Shown here: piece after piece, positions 1 through 8,741 of the stretch
Numbering within the stretch: position 1 is the stretch's first letter
Layout: every line of letters begins with the position of its first letter
Notes under the pieces: generated by a model
What the model saw: only the letters and a program-made list of their open reading frames with translations
The model's database searches: none
Told to the model about the DNA's origin: nothing
From: Burkholderiaceae bacterium
Lineage (GTDB): Bacteria; Pseudomonadota; Gammaproteobacteria; Burkholderiales; Burkholderiaceae_C
Assembly (NCBI GenBank): GCA_035280545.1
Contig: DATEFR010000066.1
Coordinates: forward strand, 1 to 45,491
Direction: 5' to 3'
DNA: 45,491 nucleotides
Translations under genes and position numbers: made by a program

Positions 1-451
1 TGATCGGGCAATCGCCGCTGGCCCCCGGCCCGTGCTGGCCGGCATGGTTGCCGGACCCGGTCTGCTTTGCGAGATGCAGGCGCGAGACGACCGTGCTGAG
101 CATGCCCTCGGAGGCCAAGGCGCTGGAGCCGACCGCGCTGACTTCGACATGACAGTGATCGAACGGCGCCGAGCGGGTCTGCGCTTCCAGGACGACGACT
201 CCCGACTCGACGAGATCGATGAGGCCGAGCAGCATGCGGTGCAGGCTGCGGCGCACCGCGATGGCCTCGCCCGCGATGATCGCGAGCGGGCCACGGTAGT
301 CGAAGGCGAACCGGAGATTTCGGCCCCTCGCGCGGCGAGCCAACTGCCGTGTGGCAACGGTAAAGAGTTCCGCAAAGTCGAATGCGGAACCGTCGTGCTC
401 TCCCCCCAAGTGCGCTCCCTCTTCGTTGATGCCCGAGCGGCTCGCACTCGG
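1..451 (-). CDS. Partial ORF leaving the window at the left edge; weakly sensor-kinase-ATPase-like and degenerate; 5' end unresolved
   Basis: My own minus-strand translation (codons 451..2). It is absent from the track because no stop is reached inside the window. It reads ...GGEHDGSAFDFAELFTVATRQLARRARGRNLRFAFDYRGPLAIIAGEAIAVRRSLHRMLLGLIDLVESGVVVLEAQTRSAPFDHCHVEVSAVGS... The spacing resembles the start of a histidine-kinase ATPase domain, but the N-box Asn and G-boxes are not recognisable. There is an in-frame TGA at 452-454, no early ATG, and a TTG at 409. Confidence 0.3.
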
Positions 452-504
452 TCAACGTGAAGAGTGCCAACATATGCTCCGGCGCGCACCCGGGAATCAG
501 GATC

Positions 505-535
505 GGGTCGACCCGGGGAATCCCCGGGTCGACCC
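505..535 (-). terminator. Perfect 14-bp-arm GC hairpin downstream of the dehydrogenase gene (terminator-like, weak U tract)
   Basis: GGGTCGACCCGGGG-AAT-CCCCGGGTCGACCC at 505-535, 49 nt after the stop codon (584-586) of the upstream minus-strand gene. The arms are themselves built from the palindrome GGGTCGACCC. Confidence 0.45.
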
Positions 536-583
536 ACGCTGTACGCGCAGCTTGACAGCCAGGCAGCCGGTGGACGGGCTTGC

Positions 584-1513
584 TCAGACTTGGTGTGCCG
601 CGACGATTCGGCGCTCCGCGACCAGGAAGGCATCGGCCACCAACTGGAATGGCCGCCAGTCGACCTCCGACTTGCCGGCTGCGCACAACTCGGCGAAGCG
701 CGCGTACAGCCGAGGGTATTCGCCCGCCAACGCCTCGTCGGACCCGTGCGGCCGGCCGTCGATCTCCAACGCGCCGCCGCCGCGCGAGAGGCGCAGGCGG
801 CCGGAGGTCGTGACGAGCTCGATGTCCCAGGTCTGTTCGCCCTTCTGGCGAAAGTCGAATTCCGCGTTCACCGTGACGCCGGCTTGCGTGCGCAGGGCCA
901 GGCGGGCGGCGATGGGAGCCTGCTGGTTCTGCGGGAACTCGAGAACGGCCGCGTGCACGAAGGCTTCCTCGGCCAGCACCTCGGTCAGCACCGACAACGC
1001 ATTGATGCCGGGGTCGAAGACGCCCAGGCCACCGGGCTCCCAGATCCATTGCTGGCCGGGGTGCCAGTGATGCACATCTTCCTTCCAGGTGATGGTGCCG
1101 GCGGTGAGGGTGCGCCCGCGCAGCCAATCGCGCGCCGCGCCCACGCCTGCGGCGAAGCGCGAGTGCCATGTCTGGAACAGCGTGCGGCCATGGCGCGCCG
1201 CCTCGGATTGCAGCAGGGCGATTTGTCTCGTCGTCGCGGCGGGCGGCTTCTCGAGCATGACGTGCTTGCCTGCCCGCAGCGCGGCAAGGGCGGCCTCGAA
1301 GTGCGCCTGGGGCGGCGTGCAGATGGAGATGGCATCGAGCTGCGGCACCGCGGCCAGCAAGGTCTCGACGTCGGCGAAGTTCGCCACGCCCTCCACGCGC
1401 GCATGGCGACTGGCACAGGCGACGAGTTCGAAGCGCGGGTCGGCAGCGAGCGCCGGAATATGTTGATCGCGGGCGATCTTGCCGATACCGACCAGGGCCA
1501 ACTTCAGTGCCAT
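584..1513 (-). CDS. Gfo/Idh/MocA-family sugar 1-dehydrogenase (D-galactose 1-dehydrogenase-like), 309 aa
   Basis: This is the track ORF 584..1687 trimmed to the ATG at 1513 (MALKLALVGIGKIARDQH...), which opens an N-terminal Rossmann GxGxxA motif. The block WKEDVHHWHPGQQWIWEPGGLGVFDPGINALS is characteristic of galactose/arabinose 1-dehydrogenases. The upstream 58 codons are Arg-rich and not protein-like. Confidence 0.8.
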   Translation of the reverse strand: MALKLALVGIGKIARDQHIPALAADPRFELVACASRHARVEGVANFADVETLLAAVPQLDAISICTPPQAHFEAALAALRAGKHVMLEKPPAATTRQIALLQSEAARHGRTLFQTWHSRFAAGVGAARDWLRGRTLTAGTITWKEDVHHWHPGQQWIWEPGGLGVFDPGINALSVLTEVLAEEAFVHAAVLEFPQNQQAPIAARLALRTQAGVTVNAEFDFRQKGEQTWDIELVTTSGRLRLSRGGGALEIDGRPHGSDEALAGEYPRLYARFAELCAAGKSEVDWRPFQLVADAFLVAERRIVAAHQV

Positions 1514-1533
1514 GCTTTCCTCGGGGGTGGCGT

Positions 1534-1567
1534 CGCATCGATCGATGCGCGACGATGGTTGCATCGT
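1534..1567. promoter_or_regulatory. Two adjacent palindromes sharing the half-site GCATCG in a divergent promoter region (candidate operator)
   Basis: There is a perfect 16-bp palindrome CGCATCGATCGATGCG at 1534-1549, followed by ACGATG-GTTG-CATCGT at 1552-1567. They lie 21-54 nt upstream of the dehydrogenase ATG (1513) and about 135 nt upstream of the cupin gene ATG (1702). Confidence 0.35.
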
Positions 1568-1701
1568 TCGACGAGCGGTTACCCGTCGACACTTCATCTT
1601 AACCGGCGCACCTTCGGCAATCTCCTCAGTGCTGCGCTGGCCTTCGCTTCGGGGGTTGCGGCCACCGCGCATAGGTCCAAAATTCAATCACGGAGTCGCC
1701 C

Positions 1702-2688
1702 ATGGGACACGTGAAGGCCACGATCGAGGATGTGCGAACGCATCGCGCTGCACCCTCCTCGTCAACGGAGAAACCCACTCCGAACTGGCACGTGTGGTCG
1801 GAGCAGCCGGCGCAGTTCACGGCGCGCCACATTTGCCCGATCCGGCACAACTTCCACCAGCATCCGCTTCTGCAGTTGCCTCAGTTGGCGCAACTGGCCA
1901 AGACATTGATGCCGCTGGGCCAGTGCCGCTTCATGACCCCGGGTGCAACGCAGTCGTCGGCCCTGGGCGACGTGCTTCACAGCGCCAGCCCCGACGGCCG
2001 CGGCATCGACGAGGTGTTCGCGCACCTCGACGAGCCCGGCTCCTGGATCGCGCTGTACAACGTGGAAGCCGAGCCGCGCTACGCGGCATTGCTCGCCGAG
2101 ATCCTGGGTTCGGCCCGTCCGTTGCTCGAACGCACGCAGCCCGGCATCTTCAAGGTCAGCGGCTACGTCTTCATCTCGGCACCACCGTCTGTCACACCGT
2201 TTCACATCGATCGTGAGAACAACTTCTGGTTGCAGTTGATGGGACGCAAGACGATCAACGTGTGGGACCACACCGACCGCGATGTCGTGTCGGCACGGGC
2301 CGTCGAGAACTTCATTTTGTTCAACTCGCTGGATGACGTGAAGCTCAAGGACGAGCTGCGCTCGCGCAGCCAGGCGTTCCACGCAGGGCCGGGCGACGGC
2401 GTGTATTTCCCGAGCACGTCCCCGCACATGACACGTTCGGAGCGCGATTGGGTGCGTCCCGGCGACGGGGTGAGCGCCTCCATGGGCGTGGTCTTCTATA
2501 CCCGCGAAACTCGACGCAGTGCACGCGTTTACCAGCTCAACCACTATCTTCGGCGCGCGGGCCTCATGCCGCGCCCTCCCGGCCAGTCGCGCTGGCTCGA
2601 CGAGCTGAAAGCACCGCTGGGCTACGTGCTGGCCCAGGCGCGCAGGCGGCTGCATCATGTCGCCTACACGCCTCCCGGCCTCGAGTGA
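1702..2688 (+). CDS. JmjC/cupin-like (Cupin_8-type) Fe(II)/2-oxoglutarate oxygenase family protein, 328 aa
   Basis: A candidate HxD...H facial triad is visible: TPFHIDRENNFWLQL, then later YFPSTSPHMT. The ORF is a single open frame with GGAG 7 nt before the ATG. Confidence 0.65.
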   Translation: MGHVKATIEDVRTHRAAPSSSTEKPTPNWHVWSEQPAQFTARHICPIRHNFHQHPLLQLPQLAQLAKTLMPLGQCRFMTPGATQSSALGDVLHSASPDGRGIDEVFAHLDEPGSWIALYNVEAEPRYAALLAEILGSARPLLERTQPGIFKVSGYVFISAPPSVTPFHIDRENNFWLQLMGRKTINVWDHTDRDVVSARAVENFILFNSLDDVKLKDELRSRSQAFHAGPGDGVYFPSTSPHMTRSERDWVRPGDGVSASMGVVFYTRETRRSARVYQLNHYLRRAGLMPRPPGQSRWLDELKAPLGYVLAQARRRLHHVAYTPPGLE

Positions 2689-2746
2689 CGCGTGTGGTTG
2701 TCGGGGCTCCGAGGCCGTGACTAGCCACTGAGGACGCAGTCGCAGC

Positions 2747-3559
2747 ATGGCGCCTAACCTCGCCGGAATCGCCAAGTCCGCCGTTCGACACGTCGTCCCC
2801 CGGCCCATCCTCCAGGCGCGCTACGAGCGCTACTTCTTCCGCACGACCGAGTGGAAGAACCTGCATCTGGGCGTGTTCGAGTCGTTCGAGGAGGCTGACG
2901 CGTTCGCCGCCTGCCGCGGCGTGCAACCGCACTTCGGGCTTGACCACGAGAAATGGCTGCGAGAGCACCGCGGCCTGAGCACTCACGACTATCCGATGCT
3001 TTTCTGGCTGGGCCGCCTCGTGGCCGAAGGGGCGCGCCTCGTCGACCTCGGCGGCAGCGTGGGCGTCGCCTACTACGCGTACAAGGCGGTGCTGCCCCTT
3101 CCGCCGACACTGCGCTGGCAGATCTGCGAACTTCCCGAAGTCGTGCCGCTAGGCCAGCGCATCGCGCGGGAGCGAGGCGAGACGGCACTGAGCTTCACCA
3201 CCGACCCGATGGCCATCGACGGCGCCGCGATCCTGCTCGCGGCCGGCGTCCTCCAGTACGTGCGCTCCACGCTGGCCGAGCTTCTCCAGACTCTGCCGGC
3301 ACCGCCTCGCCACGTGCTGGTCAACCGGCTGCCCCTGACGACGGATCACAGCAGTTTCGTGACGCTGCAAAACGGCGGCGCGGGCATCCAGTCGTACCGG
3401 ATCGCCAACGATGCCGAGTTCGTCGAGCAACTGCGGCGTGCGGGCTATCGTGTCGTCGATCGCTGGCGCTGCCTGGAAAACGCGACCCAGATTCCGTTCC
3501 ACCCGGATCTCACGCTCGACCACTTCAGCGGGTTCTACCTCACGCGCGATTCAGGCTGA
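2747..3559 (+). CDS. Putative SAM-dependent methyltransferase, TIGR04325 (LIC12133)-like, 270 aa
   Basis: The layout matches my memory of the TIGR04325 family. It has a VDLGGSVG glycine-rich SAM loop, LRWQICELPEVV, LLAAGVLQYV and VLVNRLPL blocks. It sits 58 nt downstream of the cupin gene on the same strand. Confidence 0.6.
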   Translation: MAPNLAGIAKSAVRHVVPRPILQARYERYFFRTTEWKNLHLGVFESFEEADAFAACRGVQPHFGLDHEKWLREHRGLSTHDYPMLFWLGRLVAEGARLVDLGGSVGVAYYAYKAVLPLPPTLRWQICELPEVVPLGQRIARERGETALSFTTDPMAIDGAAILLAAGVLQYVRSTLAELLQTLPAPPRHVLVNRLPLTTDHSSFVTLQNGGAGIQSYRIANDAEFVEQLRRAGYRVVDRWRCLENATQIPFHPDLTLDHFSGFYLTRDSG

Positions 3560-3573
3560 GCGGCAGACGCAGG

Positions 3574-4437
3574 TCACGATGCGTACCGGCGTTCGAGTTC
3601 GTCCCATTGGGACTTGCCGACCAGGCGCTGCCGCTCGGCAAAGGGTGCCACCAGGTTCGGATCTTCGTCCACACGCCCCATGTCGTGCAGGGTACGCAAC
3701 ACTCGCTGCATCCCTGCGACAGCACCCTGCAGCGCCGCATTGGCGTACAGCACGAGGCCATAACCGAGGGACTTGAGGTCCTCGGCACCGACGATAGGCG
3801 TTTTGCCGCCGATCACCATGTTCATCAGCTGCGGCTTCGCGAGGCGTCTCGGCAGCGCACGCACCTCCTCGGCCGTGGTCACCGCCTCGACGAACAGGAT
3901 GTCGGCGCCCGCCTCCGCAAAACGCTGCGCGCGCTCGACGGCGGCCTCGAATCCCTGCGTGGCCGCCGCATCGGTGCGTGCCATGATCAACAGGTCAGCG
4001 TCGCGGCGAGCATCGACGGCGGCCTTGATCTTCGCGACGGCCTCTTCGATGCCGATCACGTCCTTCCCGGCGAAGTGCCCGCAGCGTTTGGGCGCCACCT
4101 GGTCCTCGAGTTGGATGCAGTCGGCGCCGGCGCGCTCGAGCACGCGCACCGTGTGGTGCACGTTCAACGCATTGCCGAAGCCGGTGTCGGCATCGACCAG
4201 CAGCGGCAGGCTCACCGCATCGCGGATGCGCGCCGTGTGGTCGGCGATCTCCGCGAGGCCCATGAAGCCCTGGTCGGGCATCGCGAACCACATGTTGGTG
4301 ACGCCGGCGCCGGTGACATAGATCGCCTCGAAGCCCAGGTCTTCGATCACACGCGCCGACAGTGCATTGAACGCACCCGGAACGACCACGCCCCGCCGTT
4401 CTTCGGTGAGTGCCCGCAACTGCTTGCGTGTACTCAT
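3574..4437 (-). CDS. prpB: 2-methylisocitrate lyase (isocitrate lyase/PEP mutase family), 287 aa
   Basis: It carries the catalytic loop QVAPKRCGHFAGK, plus TGAGV and DADTGFG motifs. It lies directly downstream of prpD (3-nt gap). Confidence 0.85.
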   Translation of the reverse strand: MSTRKQLRALTEERRGVVVPGAFNALSARVIEDLGFEAIYVTGAGVTNMWFAMPDQGFMGLAEIADHTARIRDAVSLPLLVDADTGFGNALNVHHTVRVLERAGADCIQLEDQVAPKRCGHFAGKDVIGIEEAVAKIKAAVDARRDADLLIMARTDAAATQGFEAAVERAQRFAEAGADILFVEAVTTAEEVRALPRRLAKPQLMNMVIGGKTPIVGAEDLKSLGYGLVLYANAALQGAVAGMQRVLRTLHDMGRVDEDPNLVAPFAERQRLVGKSQWDELERRYAS

Positions 4438-4440
4438 CGC

Positions 4441-5898
4441 TCAGGCCGCGATCTGGTAGAGGTCGACAAACTCGTTCACCGGCATCGCTTCCAGGCGCGC
4501 CTGATCGAGGCTGATCTCCAGGATGGCCTTCTGCTGCTTGGCCGGGAACCGCCGCGCGAGATTGGTGCGGAACTTCGCCTCGAGCAGCGGAATGCCGTCG
4601 GCGCGCCGTCGCTTGTGTCCGATGGGATATTCGACGATCACCTCGTCGAGCGTCGTGCCGTCGGCGAACGTGACGGTCAGCGCATTGGCGATGCTGCGCT
4701 TCTCGGGGTCGTGATAGTCCTGGGTGAACTGCGGATCCTCGACGCAGACGATCTTCTCGCGCAGCGCGTCGATACGCGGATCGGCCGCGACGCCGTCCTC
4801 GTAGTCGGCCGCGGTGAGGCGGCCGAACAGCAGCGGCACCGCCACCATGTACTGGATGCAGTGGTCGCGGTCGGCCGGGTTCGCGAGCGGACCCTTCTTG
4901 TCGATGATGCGCAGACACGCTTCGTGGGTGCGGATCGTGACGCGGCGGATGTCGGCAGCGTTGCGGCCCGCCTTCGCCAGCCGCTGATGCAATGTCATCG
5001 CGGCCTCCACGGCCGTCTGGCTGTGGAACTCGGCCGGGAAGCTGATCTTGAACAGCACATGCTCCATCACGTAGCTGCCGTAGGGACGCTGGAACTTGAA
5101 CGGCTGGCCCTTGAACGACACATCGTAGAAGCCCCAGGTCTTGGCGCTGAGCACGCTCGGGTAGCCCATCTCGCCGGTCTTCGCCATCAGCGCGAGGCGC
5201 ACCGCGCGGCTCGTCGCATCGCCGGCGGCCCAGCTCTTGCGGCTACCGGTGTTCGGCGCATGCCGATAGGTGCGCAGGCTCTGGCCATCGACCCAGGCGA
5301 GCGACACCGCGTTGATGATCTCGTCGCGCGACAGGCCCAGCAGTTGCGCGACCACGGCGGTGCTCGCCACCTTGACCAGTACCACATGGTCGAGGCCGAC
5401 CTGGTTGAAGCTGTTCTCCAGCGCGATGCATCCCTGGATCTCGTGTGCCTTGATCATCGCCGTGAGCACGGCCTTCATCGTCAGCGGCGGCTTGCCGGCG
5501 GCGAGCGCGGTGCGGCTGAGCCAGTCGGCGGTCGCGAGGATGCCACCGAGGTTGTCGCTCGGATGGCCCCATTCGGCAGCAAGCCATGTGTCGTTGAAAT
5601 CGAGCCAGCGGATCATCGTGCCGATGTTGAACGCAGCCTGCACGGGGTCGAGCTGGTGCGGGGTGCCGGGCACCTTCGCACCATGGGGCACGACCGTGCC
5701 GGGCACGACGGGTCCCAGCAACTTCGTGCACGCTGGGTACTCCAGCGCTTCGAGACCGCAACCCAGGGTGTCGATCAGGCAATGGCGAGCGGTCTCGTAG
5801 GCCAGCGCACTCTGGATCGGGTAGTCGATGACGTAGTCGGCGATGTCGACCAGCACGGCGTCGGGTTGCGGGCGAACGTTCGAGATGTGAGCAGACAT
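4441..5898 (-). CDS. prpD: 2-methylcitrate dehydratase, 485 aa
   Basis: MmgE/PrpD-family sequence runs throughout (…[16 protein letters not shown]…, …[11 protein letters not shown]…). The track start at 5904 is a TTG, so I prefer the ATG at 5898 (MSAHISN...). Confidence 0.9.
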   Translation of the reverse strand: MSAHISNVRPQPDAVLVDIADYVIDYPIQSALAYETARHCLIDTLGCGLEALEYPACTKLLGPVVPGTVVPHGAKVPGTPHQLDPVQAAFNIGTMIRWLDFNDTWLAAEWGHPSDNLGGILATADWLSRTALAAGKPPLTMKAVLTAMIKAHEIQGCIALENSFNQVGLDHVVLVKVASTAVVAQLLGLSRDEIINAVSLAWVDGQSLRTYRHAPNTGSRKSWAAGDATSRAVRLALMAKTGEMGYPSVLSAKTWGFYDVSFKGQPFKFQRPYGSYVMEHVLFKISFPAEFHSQTAVEAAMTLHQRLAKAGRNAADIRRVTIRTHEACLRIIDKKGPLANPADRDHCIQYMVAVPLLFGRLTAADYEDGVAADPRIDALREKIVCVEDPQFTQDYHDPEKRSIANALTVTFADGTTLDEVIVEYPIGHKRRRADGIPLLEAKFRTNLARRFPAKQQKAILEISLDQARLEAMPVNEFVDLYQIAA

Positions 5899-5941
5899 GG
5901 GCAAGGGTCGGAAGGTGAAATTGGAGAGCGGACGGCGACTC

Positions 5942-7090
5942 TTACGGGCGCCGATCGATCGCGACGAAGGCTCTGTCCTCGGGGCCGGTGTAGTGCGCGC
6001 TGGGACGGATGATCTTGTTGTCGATGCGCTGCTCGATCACATGCGCGGCCCAGCCGCTGGTACGCGCGATGACGAACAGCGGCGTGAACATCGCCGTCGG
6101 CACGCCCATCATGTGGTAGCTCACGGCGCTGAACCAGTCGAGGTTGGGGAACATCCGCTTCGCGTCCCACATCACGCGCTCGAGCCGCTCGGCGATGTCG
6201 AACATGCGTGTCGAGCCCGCCGCCTCGGAGAGTTGCCGGGCCACGCGCTTAATGACCGCGTTGCGCGGATCGCTGATCGTGTAGACCGGGTGGCCGAAGC
6301 CGATCACGACCTCCTTGGCCGCGACGCGCCGGCGGATGTCGGCCTCGGCCTCGTCGGGTGACTCGTAGCGCTTCTGTACCTCGAATGCCATCTCGTTCGC
6401 GCCGCCATGCTTGGGGCCTCGCAGCGCACCAATGGCGCCGGTGATCGATGAGTAGATGTCGCTGCCCGTCCCGGCCACCACCCGGGCGGCGAACGTCGAA
6501 GCATTGAACTCATGCTCGGCGTAGAGGATGAGGGAGACGTGCATGGCACGCTCCCAGAGCTCATCGGGCTTCGCGCCGTGCAGCAGGTGCAGGAAGTGCG
6601 AGCCTATCGAATCGTCGTCGGTGTCGACCTCGACTCGTCGACCTTGGGTCGCCCAGTGGTACCAGTACAGCAGCATCGAGCCCAGCGATGCGATGAGGCG
6701 GTCGGCGATGTCGCGAGCGCCGGGGATGCTGTGGTCGTCCTTCTCCGGCAGGACGCATCCCAGTGCCGAAACGCCGGTGCGCATCACATCCATGGGATGC
6801 GCGCCAGCGGGAAGACGCTCCAAGGCCTCTTTCACGCTGACGGGCAGGCCCCGCAGGGTGCGCAGCTTGCCCTTGTAGGCACGCAGCTCCGCCGCGTTGG
6901 GCAGCTTCCCATGGATGAGCAGGTGCGCGACCTCCTCGAACTCGCAGGACTGGGCCAGGTCCTGGATGTCGTAGCCACGATAGTGAAGGTCGTTCCCGGT
7001 GCGGCCAACCGTGCACAGGGCCGTGGTCCCGGCGGCGATGCCGGACAGCGCAACCGACTTCTTCGGCGCGCGGACAGTTGTCTCGTTCAT
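5942..7090 (-). CDS. prpC: 2-methylcitrate synthase (citrate synthase family), 382 aa
   Basis: It shows citrate-synthase signatures (…[14 protein letters not shown]…, …GPKHGGANE…, …GFGHPVY…). It is the first gene of the prpC-prpD-prpB row. Confidence 0.9.
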   Translation of the reverse strand: MNETTVRAPKKSVALSGIAAGTTALCTVGRTGNDLHYRGYDIQDLAQSCEFEEVAHLLIHGKLPNAAELRAYKGKLRTLRGLPVSVKEALERLPAGAHPMDVMRTGVSALGCVLPEKDDHSIPGARDIADRLIASLGSMLLYWYHWATQGRRVEVDTDDDSIGSHFLHLLHGAKPDELWERAMHVSLILYAEHEFNASTFAARVVAGTGSDIYSSITGAIGALRGPKHGGANEMAFEVQKRYESPDEAEADIRRRVAAKEVVIGFGHPVYTISDPRNAVIKRVARQLSEAAGSTRMFDIAERLERVMWDAKRMFPNLDWFSAVSYHMMGVPTAMFTPLFVIARTSGWAAHVIEQRIDNKIIRPSAHYTGPEDRAFVAIDRRP

Positions 7091-7121
7091 GGTGCGGTGA
7101 GGTCTGTAGATGAAGCCTGTA

Positions 7122-7213
7122 TTCGCAATCTTCGCTGTCGGCTATGCTGTCGGCAACGACTGAAGTTGTGGGGAATTGCGAACCCTCTGCCCCACGCTTG
7201 CAATGTTTGCGAA
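7122..7213. promoter_or_regulatory. Repeated TTCGCAA/TTGCGAA motifs and a 9-nt tandem direct repeat in the prpC/regulator divergent region (candidate operator sites)
   Basis: ATTCGCAAT lies at 7121-7129 and inverted copies TTGCGAA at 7176-7182 and 7207-7213, with TTGCAA at 7198-7203. GCTGTCGGC occurs at 7134-7142 and again at 7146-7154. Confidence 0.35.
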
Positions 7214-7226
7214 GATGGAGACGGTG

Positions 7227-8741
7227 ATGCACAAGACCTACATGGGCGTGCGCTTGAAGGTCTTGCGCGAGCAGCGCGGGATGACGCAGGCAGCGCTCGC
7301 ACAGGCGCTGGATCTCTCGCCCAGCTACCTCAATCAACTCGAGAACAACCAACGGCCTTTGACCGTGCCGGTGCTGCTGCGCCTGCAGGCAAGTCTGGGC
7401 GTCGATCTGCAGTTCTTCTCGGAGGACGAGGAGGCACGCCTGCTCGCCGAGGTGCGCGAGGTGGTCGCCGAAGCCGGCGTGCAGGCGCAGATCTCGCTGG
7501 CGGAGATGCGGGCAACGGTGGGCCAGGTGCCCTCGATCGCCGGTTTGTTGATCCGGCTGCACCAGCGCTGTCGCACGGCGGAGGAACGCGTGAGCCAACT
7601 GGCGGATGGCATCGACAGCGACCGCCAACCCCAATTGCCGGCGGCCGCGCTGCAACCCTACGAAGAGGTGCGCAACTTCTTCTACGAGCGCCACAACCAC
7701 ATGGCCCTGCTCGACGAGCGAGCCGAACTCCTGTTCGAGTCGCTGCGCCAGAGTGCGCCGTCGTCGAATCGCCGCGGGCCGGCGAGCGAGGACTTCCCGT
7801 TTGGGAGCCTAGTCGCAAGGCTGGAAGAACATTTGCGCTCGGCGCACGGCGTGGTCACCCTCGCCGCACGCGATGGCAAGGGCAACGGCCACGTGCGTGC
7901 CTTCGACCCGTCCAGCCGAACCCTGACGCTCTCTCCCGACCTCGAGCCGGGTCAGCGCGCCTTTCAACTCGCCACTCAACTCGCGCACCTCGAAGCCGCA
8001 GACCTGATCGACGAGTTCGCGAGCAAACGAAACTTCGGGACCGACGAGGCGCGCACGCTGGCACGCATCGGCTTTGCCAGCTATTTCGCCGGTGCCTTGT
8101 TATTGCCCTACCGCCGTTTTCTCGCAGCGGCCGAGGAGCTGCGGTACGACATCGAGCTTCTCGGGAAGCGCTTTCACGTCAGCTTCGAGACGGTCTGCCA
8201 TCGCCTGTCGACCATGCAGCGTCCCCACGCGAGTGGCGTCCCCTTCTTCTTCGTGCGCGTGGATCGGGCGGGCAACATCTCCAAGCGGCAATCGGCGACC
8301 GACTTCCACTTCTCCCGCACCGGCGGCACCTGTCCGTTGTGGAATGTCTATGAAGCCTTCGAGCGGCCCGGCAAGATATTGACGCAACTCGCGCGCATGC
8401 CCGATGGCCGGACTTACCTGTGGGTGGCCCGTTGCATATCCCACGAGCGCGGCGGTTACGGTGCGCCTCGCCGTACGTTCGCCGTGGCGCTGGGCTGCGA
8501 CGTGAGGCACGCCGACCGCCTTGTCTACGCGCAGGGCCTTGATCTGAGCAATCCTGCCGCCGCAACACCGATCGGCACGGGCTGCAAGGTATGCGACCGC
8601 GACGACTGCGCGCAGCGTGCCTTCCCCGCGGTGGGCCGCAGACTGCAAGTCGACGAGAACATTCGTCTGTTTGCGCCGTACGCGAGCGCGAAGCCGTCGA
8701 ACCCGGCGACACGCACGACGGCGCGCGTCAAGCCGTTCTAG
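7227..8741 (+). CDS. XRE-family HTH regulator with a degenerate ImmA/IrrE-like domain and a C-terminal Cys cluster (short-chain fatty acyl-CoA regulator, ScfR/RamB/PrpR-like), 504 aa
   Basis: The N-terminal HTH reads MGVRLKVLREQRGMTQAALAQALDLSPSYLNQLENNQRP. A degenerate metallopeptidase-like block QLATQLAHLE follows. Cysteines occur at TCPLW, ARC and LGC, and as C-x2-C-x4-C (GCKVCDRDDC, about 8582-8610). The start is set at the ATG 7227 with GGAG 6 nt upstream. It is divergent from prpC. Confidence 0.75.
   Translation: MHKTYMGVRLKVLREQRGMTQAALAQALDLSPSYLNQLENNQRPLTVPVLLRLQASLGVDLQFFSEDEEARLLAEVREVVAEAGVQAQISLAEMRATVGQVPSIAGLLIRLHQRCRTAEERVSQLADGIDSDRQPQLPAAALQPYEEVRNFFYERHNHMALLDERAELLFESLRQSAPSSNRRGPASEDFPFGSLVARLEEHLRSAHGVVTLAARDGKGNGHVRAFDPSSRTLTLSPDLEPGQRAFQLATQLAHLEAADLIDEFASKRNFGTDEARTLARIGFASYFAGALLLPYRRFLAAAEELRYDIELLGKRFHVSFETVCHRLSTMQRPHASGVPFFFVRVDRAGNISKRQSATDFHFSRTGGTCPLWNVYEAFERPGKILTQLARMPDGRTYLWVARCISHERGGYGAPRRTFAVALGCDVRHADRLVYAQGLDLSNPAAATPIGTGCKVCDRDDCAQRAFPAVGRRLQVDENIRLFAPYASAKPSNPATRTTARVKPF

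Noticed and set aside
32-1070. Plus-strand ORFs 32..460, 351..1070 and 464..1714 at the left end
   Set aside because: Their translations are Arg/Ala/Pro-rich without motifs. They overlap the dehydrogenase gene and the kinase-like ORF on the opposite strand, and both of those show protein-like sequence.
2953-6012. 1019-aa + strand ORF, the second longest in the track
   Set aside because: It lies antisense to prpB and prpD, which have unmistakable family motifs. Its translation is Arg/Ala/Gly/Asp low-complexity sequence with no motifs. This is a typical shadow ORF of very GC-rich DNA.
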